Below the pieces are notes generated by a model. It saw only the letters and a list, made by a program, of their open reading frames with translations. It did no database searches and was not told the DNA's origin. A stretch of 58,933 nucleotides of DNA, counting the filler, from Dugesia japonica (Eukaryota): the NCBI GenBank assembly GCA_001938525.1. It is 5 parts of 5 records of this genome, joined end to end, with 100 filler letters (N's around TTAATTAATTAA, not from the genome) between each part and the next. Parts side by side here need not be neighbours in the genome. Positions count along the whole stretch, not along the records: positions 48,450 to 58,933 come from MQRL01625755.1; 4 more parts are not named here. The stretch is one strand, 5' to 3'. The position numbers and the translations under genes were made by a program. How positions within the stretch are numbered: position 1 is the first letter of the stretch; the number at the start of each line of letters is the position of its first letter. This document shows positions 53,253 through 58,933 of this stretch, piece after piece.

Positions 53253-54323
53253 NNNNNNNNNNNNNNNNNNNNNNNNNNNNNNNNNNNNNNNNNNNNNNNN
53301 NNNNNNNNNNNNNNNNNNNNNNNNNNNNNNNNNNNNNNNNNNNNNNNNNNNNNNNNNNNNNNNNNNNNNNNNNNNNNNNNNNNNNNNNNNNNNNNNNNNN
53401 NNNNNNNNNNNNNNNNNNTTTTTATGTATTAAAAATTTTTATTAATATCTTTCTAAAATAAAGAAAATTCTGATATACAAAAAGTTAATTTGAAAAAATT
53501 CCAATTTCATGAAAACTAGACAAATATTTGTTCAGAGATCAACATTTAGTGTAGAATAATTACTGTTTATCAAGACAACTGCTGACGTGATTGTAGTGAG
53601 TCAGTTTTTTTTCATTTCTGAAAACTATAGGCCAGTCGATCAGAATTACAGGGAAATATTTGATTGATAAGAACTTTCAATAGTTGATAATAAATAAATC
53701 TACTGAAAATAAAAACATATTTAAAATAGAAAGTAATGGAAAATTTCAAAAAAATAAATGAAATTCTTTTCGATTGAGTTGTTTTGTTTTATGTAAATCT
53801 AATTGACTTTGACTACAAAAATTTGAGATCATTCGTTTTTACTGTTGAACAGAATGATTAATCGTTTTATTAATATCAGTATATATTTATTTTTTGTTTA
53901 AATCAACAGTAAAATTTTCGACATTTTCTACAACGATATCACTGTTATAATAAACTAATAATAAAAATTTCTGTCTTTCTTAAAGTAATTACTTCTTCAT
54001 ATTTTTTTCACAAACAATATACAAAATTATAAACAAAAAGTAGGTCATAATAAAACAAATAAAACACAATAAAATCAGATTTCTTTGGAGTTTGAAGTTT
54101 AAAAGTTATTTTTTTAACATATTCTTTTTAAAAGTAAACTATGTTAAACCCAGAAATTAGGTAAGTCCGAAAAATTATTATCTTAAAAAGAGTTCATTGG
54201 TAAAAAATGCAAAAAGCCGGAATTTTTCAAAACCGGCTGAAACCGGATTTATTAGAGTTTTGTAACAAGTTGAAAGAAATACGGGAAACATAAGAATTTT
54301 TCAAAAATACTCATGTTTTTATA

Positions 54324-56342
54324 TTTATGGGGTATTATTAACTAAATTAATAAGTCAGTTGTTTAAATATTATAATAAATCTTTACTTAACATTTGAATT
54401 CTTATTACTGTATTCTGAAATCCGATGTTGAAGATAGAATAACTGGCGACTACGCCAAAAATATTAATAACAAGATATCAAGAGAAAAAATTAATTATTG
54501 ATTCACTTTCGAAGAAACCACAAGACTTGTTAAGTTTCAATNTTCGAAAATATGATGNACNAAATTTTGAAGAAGCTACAAAATAGATTACAGATATTGA
54601 ANAATGGCTGCCAGTAAATAATTTGTATTTAATGAGTGCATTCCATTTATTACTATCTGATGAGACTGTTGGTTTATAGAAAGATTTTACAACCAATTCC
54701 ACAACAAAAGATTAAGCAAAATCTTGGTTTATCGATACATCCACAATATAAAAATTCGATTTCAGATATGTTTGTCGAATTAGCTGGAATTAAGCAACAA
54801 GATAATGAAAGATTTACAACGTTCAAGATAAAACCTCGTTTGGATATTTTTATCCAGAATTAAATCGTGTCGAAATAAGAAATTATGTTATTTCAAAACG
54901 ATCAAAAGGTTCTGCTTTAGAAGATAAACTAATTTAAAAACCGAAAATGAGCATTGAAGAACAAAATTCAGTTGAATCAATTACAAAATTCAGTCATAAT
55001 TCTGAGAGAAATTCGGGAAGTAATTTTTCATCTGGACTTATAATTTCTAATAGAAATTTTGAAATATTTAATAATAGAAATAACTAGAACAATGAAAATT
55101 CAAGATATCAACCATCAGTTTCAATGAAGCATATTACAAGAAAATTGTATAATAAATACAATGGATTGCACAACCAAAAGATGAAATTTTAAAACCAGGT
55201 CAATGTTATTGTTGTGAAGAAAGAGATCATTTAGGTTTTGAATGTCCATTAAAGAACAAGTGTTTGATATGTGAAAAAGAAGAACATTTATTCAGAAATT
55301 GTCACTTATTGAATAATCGGAATAGGAATTTTAATAAGCCTATATTATGTATTTATGATGAAAATAATGAAGAGTATTGTGAAGATGAAATAGTAAATCA
55401 TGATATTGAAGAACAAAAAAACCAGAACAACCCTGTTACTTACATTTCGTACGTGTGGTTGAATCAATAAATGATCCTGTAAATCAAAATGATATGAAGA
55501 ATAATGCGATGAACCAGACGAGTGATGGAAGGCAGTGGAGTAGTGTGGAAGTTGAAAATGTTGCAATTAAAATGTTGTCGGACTCAGGAGCTGCGATAAA
55601 TAAAAATTGTGAATAAAAAGCGTTGGGAGAAGATTGGAAAACCGTATTTATTAGATACGAATATTATGCTCAGTGGTGTATTTTCTAGAATGAGTGAAAA
55701 GCCGTTGGGATCTGTGTCAGTAAATGTGAGATGGAACGTTTAGATTCGATTAGTAAATATATTAATATTAATTTTTCTAAATTTCATTGGTGGAATAGAC
55801 ATAATGAAGAGTTTTGGAATAAAACTAGTAGAAATAAACAATATTGATACTTCTATAATCAAAAACAATCATTCAGATACAGAAAGAATCAGAATTGCCT
55901 TAGAATATTTCAATAATCAAAACAACAATACATTGAAAAATTTGATAAAAATCTATGGAAACATTTTTATAGATTGAAATTCGATCTGGGTCATACAACA
56001 TTGATAAAGCATGAAATAAAAGTAAATAGTGCACCAGTACTGATACAACCCAGATGTCAACCAATGCACTTAGAATCAAAAATCGACGAACTAGTAGAAA
56101 ATATAATCAGAAAGAAAAATGATTTTCAATATGAAGGACTATTTCAGATAATTAGATATATTTATCCTCATCAAGTGGAATTCAGATGGAATTAAACAAC
56201 GAAGAATAAAATGGTTAAAGAAGTGGACAGTTTCTTAAAGAAAGGGAAAGTTATGGCGTATTATTAATTAAAATATTATTTAACTATTTATATTATAATA
56301 AATCTTTGCTAAGTGTGTTACATTTGAATTCTTATTAATGTA
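54324..56342 (+). mobile_element. Internally deleted Ty3/Gypsy LTR retrotransposon (~2 kb) with short LTRs
   Basis: Diverged direct repeats TTATGG.GTATTATTAA...TATTATAATAAATCTTT...ACATTTGAATTCTTATTA.TGTA at ~54325 and ~56251; PBS-like TGGCGAC at 54444; PPT AAAGAAAGGGAAAG before 56251. Confidence 0.8.
54500..56195 (+). pseudogene. Degenerate gag-protease-RT start fused to integrase tail
   Basis: Two CCHC knuckles CYCCEERDHLGFEC and CLICEKEEHLFRNC (~55204-55302); protease LSDSGAAIN (~55575); DLGHTTLIKHEIKVNSAPV.IQPR (pre-RT) running into YEGLFQII (GPF-like). Confidence 0.8.
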
Positions 56343-56544
56343 AAGTTTAATAGTTTTTATTTTGTGACTAATTTTAATTTCCATTTTTCTCTCAACAATT
56401 TTAAGCCCAATAAAAATCTTATTAATTTTCAAAAAAGTATATTTCAAAGATCAAGTGCCTATTTATTTTTTTCGTCGTTTAATTTTTGTTCTTATTCTTT
56501 TCATTTCATACTTTAATCGTCAATCATTTAAATCAGTTTTCTCA

Positions 56545-56760
56545 AAGATATTTAAAAAAATCAATGCATTCAACATTGGAAATTGCAGACGGTTGCAAAG
56601 TTTTGTTGAAAACTCTCCACTACCGAAAATTTTCTTTCGCTTTCTGTTGATGTTGGTTGGATAGGTTTCGAACCATTGTCCAGTTTTGTAACATTATATA
56701 GCGGACATCAGTTGCTTCATAGAGCTTCAATTCCTTTTGCAGCTGTGAAAACGAATCAGC
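56545..56760 (-). pseudogene. hAT transposase dimerization-domain fragment
   Basis: Across frameshifts: LQKELKLYEAT..., IQPTSTESERKFS, FSTKLCNRL..PMLNALIFL. Confidence 0.7.
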
Positions 56761-57209
56761 CTTTTTAGGCAGAGTTAAAGTTACTTAAACTATCTATTTT
56801 GCTTTAGTACTGTTAGGCTTAAGTTTACAAATATTATCATTGTCGGCATTACGCTTTAAAGCGGTTATAGTTTTATTAGCGATGGGTTAATCGATAATTT
56901 CTAAAGTTATTATTCTCTTTTAAATTTTTTTATTTCATTTTCAACCAATAAATATTTTGAATTACAAATTTATATATATACAATTTCTAAGTTTTATATT
57001 TGATTTAAAGTTATGCAAATAAATTTTCTGTTTAATATTTACTTAGAATATACCACTAAACATTAATTTTGTGATTTAAGATGTCAAATTAAAATTATTA
57101 TGAAAGGAATGAATTCTAAATTATGGATGTCTTAGGGAGTTTTGATTTTGAAGCAAGTTTTTCCAACTTGATTGTTAATAACTTTCTAATAAATTAGTCT
57201 AACTTATAA

Positions 57210-58130
57210 TGTTTCCCCGAAAATAAGGAACTACACATATTGATATGTCATAATAAACATAGCTGATTTTGAGTGCTTCTTTGACGATCTGATGATGAGA
57301 CTCTTCAAACACAGATAATTCTAAGAGAATTGGAAAGAGCTTATCTGAAAACACAAGAACACGCCAACAATCAAATACGAAGTGGTAGACTCATTTTTGG
57401 ACTGGAAATGCGTAAGGTTATCTCTAGACAAAACACCAGACAGACTTAGTCGACACTGCTGCTTCACTTCTAAGATCGCTCGAGATCGGGTGTATCCAAC
57501 CTTGTGTGAGTCTTAGGGCAAAGAAAACACCACACACACATAAATGTGTGTTATGTAACATCAATTTTGATGACAAATTTTCTGCATTTAACATATCAAG
57601 TCATAATATCCAAACGAGGGTCATGTTATTCAACCAATACAAATTCTTTGTTGATGGTAGAGATTTTTCTAAATCTATCTTTTCAATATGATTACCATAT
57701 AAAATGTATGGACCAAGGATCTATAATGACAATTGACTAGCAAAATGCTTCGTCAATCTGAATTGCCTCAACGTGTTATTAAAATGCAAGAGTTATGTTC
57801 ATTTAATGAAAGTTTTGTTGACAAATATAAAAATAAGAATAAAAAATGGATTCGCGAAAAGTTTAGGATTTTAGATTGTATGACGAAATTCAAGAAAAAG
57901 ATGAAATGATTGTGTTGAAATAAATGAAAGGATATTTTAATGTTATACTTATTTTATGTATGCTTTAAAAAATAATAAGGTTTTTACGATAAAAAAAACT
58001 TTGAAACATAATATTTTGTTTTGTCTTTTTGGTTTTCCCGGGAAATTTTAGAACCTAACTTAAAAATAAGTCATTTTACGTTTTCCAGTTGAAAAATTAA
58101 TAAAAGACCGGGTCTTATTTTCTGCGAAAC
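57210..58130. mobile_element. Degenerate Tc1/mariner-superfamily (Tc2/pogo-like TIR) element
   Basis: TGTTTCCCCGAAAATAAG at 57210 and CTTATTTTCTGCGAAAC ending at 58130 form an imperfect inverted pair; interior is heavily decayed. Confidence 0.5.
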
Positions 58131-58895
58131 TTGATAGTTTTACTTTAAGAACTTCGTTTAAATATTATTCTACTTTTGTAATTTCTGTAATTTTATCAAA
58201 AGGAAAAAAATGAATCTAATTTCTTGTGGTCAAATACTGTTCATGGTGTAATAATTAAGAAGTAGTAGTAGTAATAGCAGTAGAATGTATGTTAGTCCTC
58301 GGATACATACCCCCATACCAGGGGGGGGTTATTTTTTAATTTAATTAAACACTTTTAACAATAAAAAGCTGGTGAGCATTTTAGGATACTTTCATTTTTA
58401 TTTGATAAACTGAATGATATTACAAAAAATCGATTTAATTACAAGATATTTATAAATAATTATTATCATCTATCTGTTTAAAATTATTTGGATTTTTATA
58501 TTTATTATTCTCATTTTTAATTTCACTAATTATTATCTGATTATTATTTACTAAAATAAAATATAAAAACTTACTTCAGATTTATACGAAACCATAAAAA
58601 AGTAGTTTCTTTTTTCAGTTTTAATTAGATTATCTTTAACAATTCATCCCAAATTAAAGACTACCCTACAAAACGAAAATGTTTCCGAAACTTCCGAACA
58701 ACGTCAAAAGAGTCTCCCCACCATGAGGCTCAATAATGTTTTTGATAACGCTAAAATGAAATAAATGATATTGAGAAATTGCAAATTAAAAATCGAAAAC
58801 ATGTAAAATGAACTCGATCAAGTAACTTAGTGCAAAAATTGATGTTGTAAATGAGGTGGGTAGTTGGTGGAAAAATCAAAGCAGACATGAAGTCC

Positions 58896-58896
<1 letters not shown>

Positions 58897-58933
<37 letters not shown>
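58897..58933. repeat. (TTA)n microsatellite
   Basis: Perfect array to the window end. Confidence 0.95.

Overview
Very AT-rich, gap-ridden eukaryotic (metazoan) genomic DNA. The composition, (AAT)n microsatellites and TE content fit an invertebrate such as a triclad flatworm, but that is inference only. Four N-TTAATTAATTAA-N spacers (8861, 17179, 32583, 48394) look like artificial contig joins, so adjacency across them should not be trusted. The window is mostly decayed mobile elements: Polinton/Maverick ends and a packaging-ATPase block, Merlin, mariner, pogo/Tc2-like, hAT, a MULE with a 9-bp TSD, and an internally deleted Ty3/Gypsy. There are also probable exons of an unidentified host gene on the minus strand (about 17.7-22.1 kb). 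The standout is the contig at about 8.9-17.0 kb: a decayed Ty3/Gypsy-type element (minus strand) whose integrase is followed by more than 6 kb of co-oriented accessory genes. These are an ~800-codon type-I membrane (env-like) protein with a PPxY tail, a ~165-aa coiled-coil ORF, a full-length intronless TRAF (RING, TRAF zinc fingers, coiled coil, MATH) and a further ~300-aa ORF. The last three each start at an ATG placed directly after a splice-acceptor-like YAG. This looks like a complex-retrovirus-like retroelement carrying a captured innate-immune/apoptosis adaptor.
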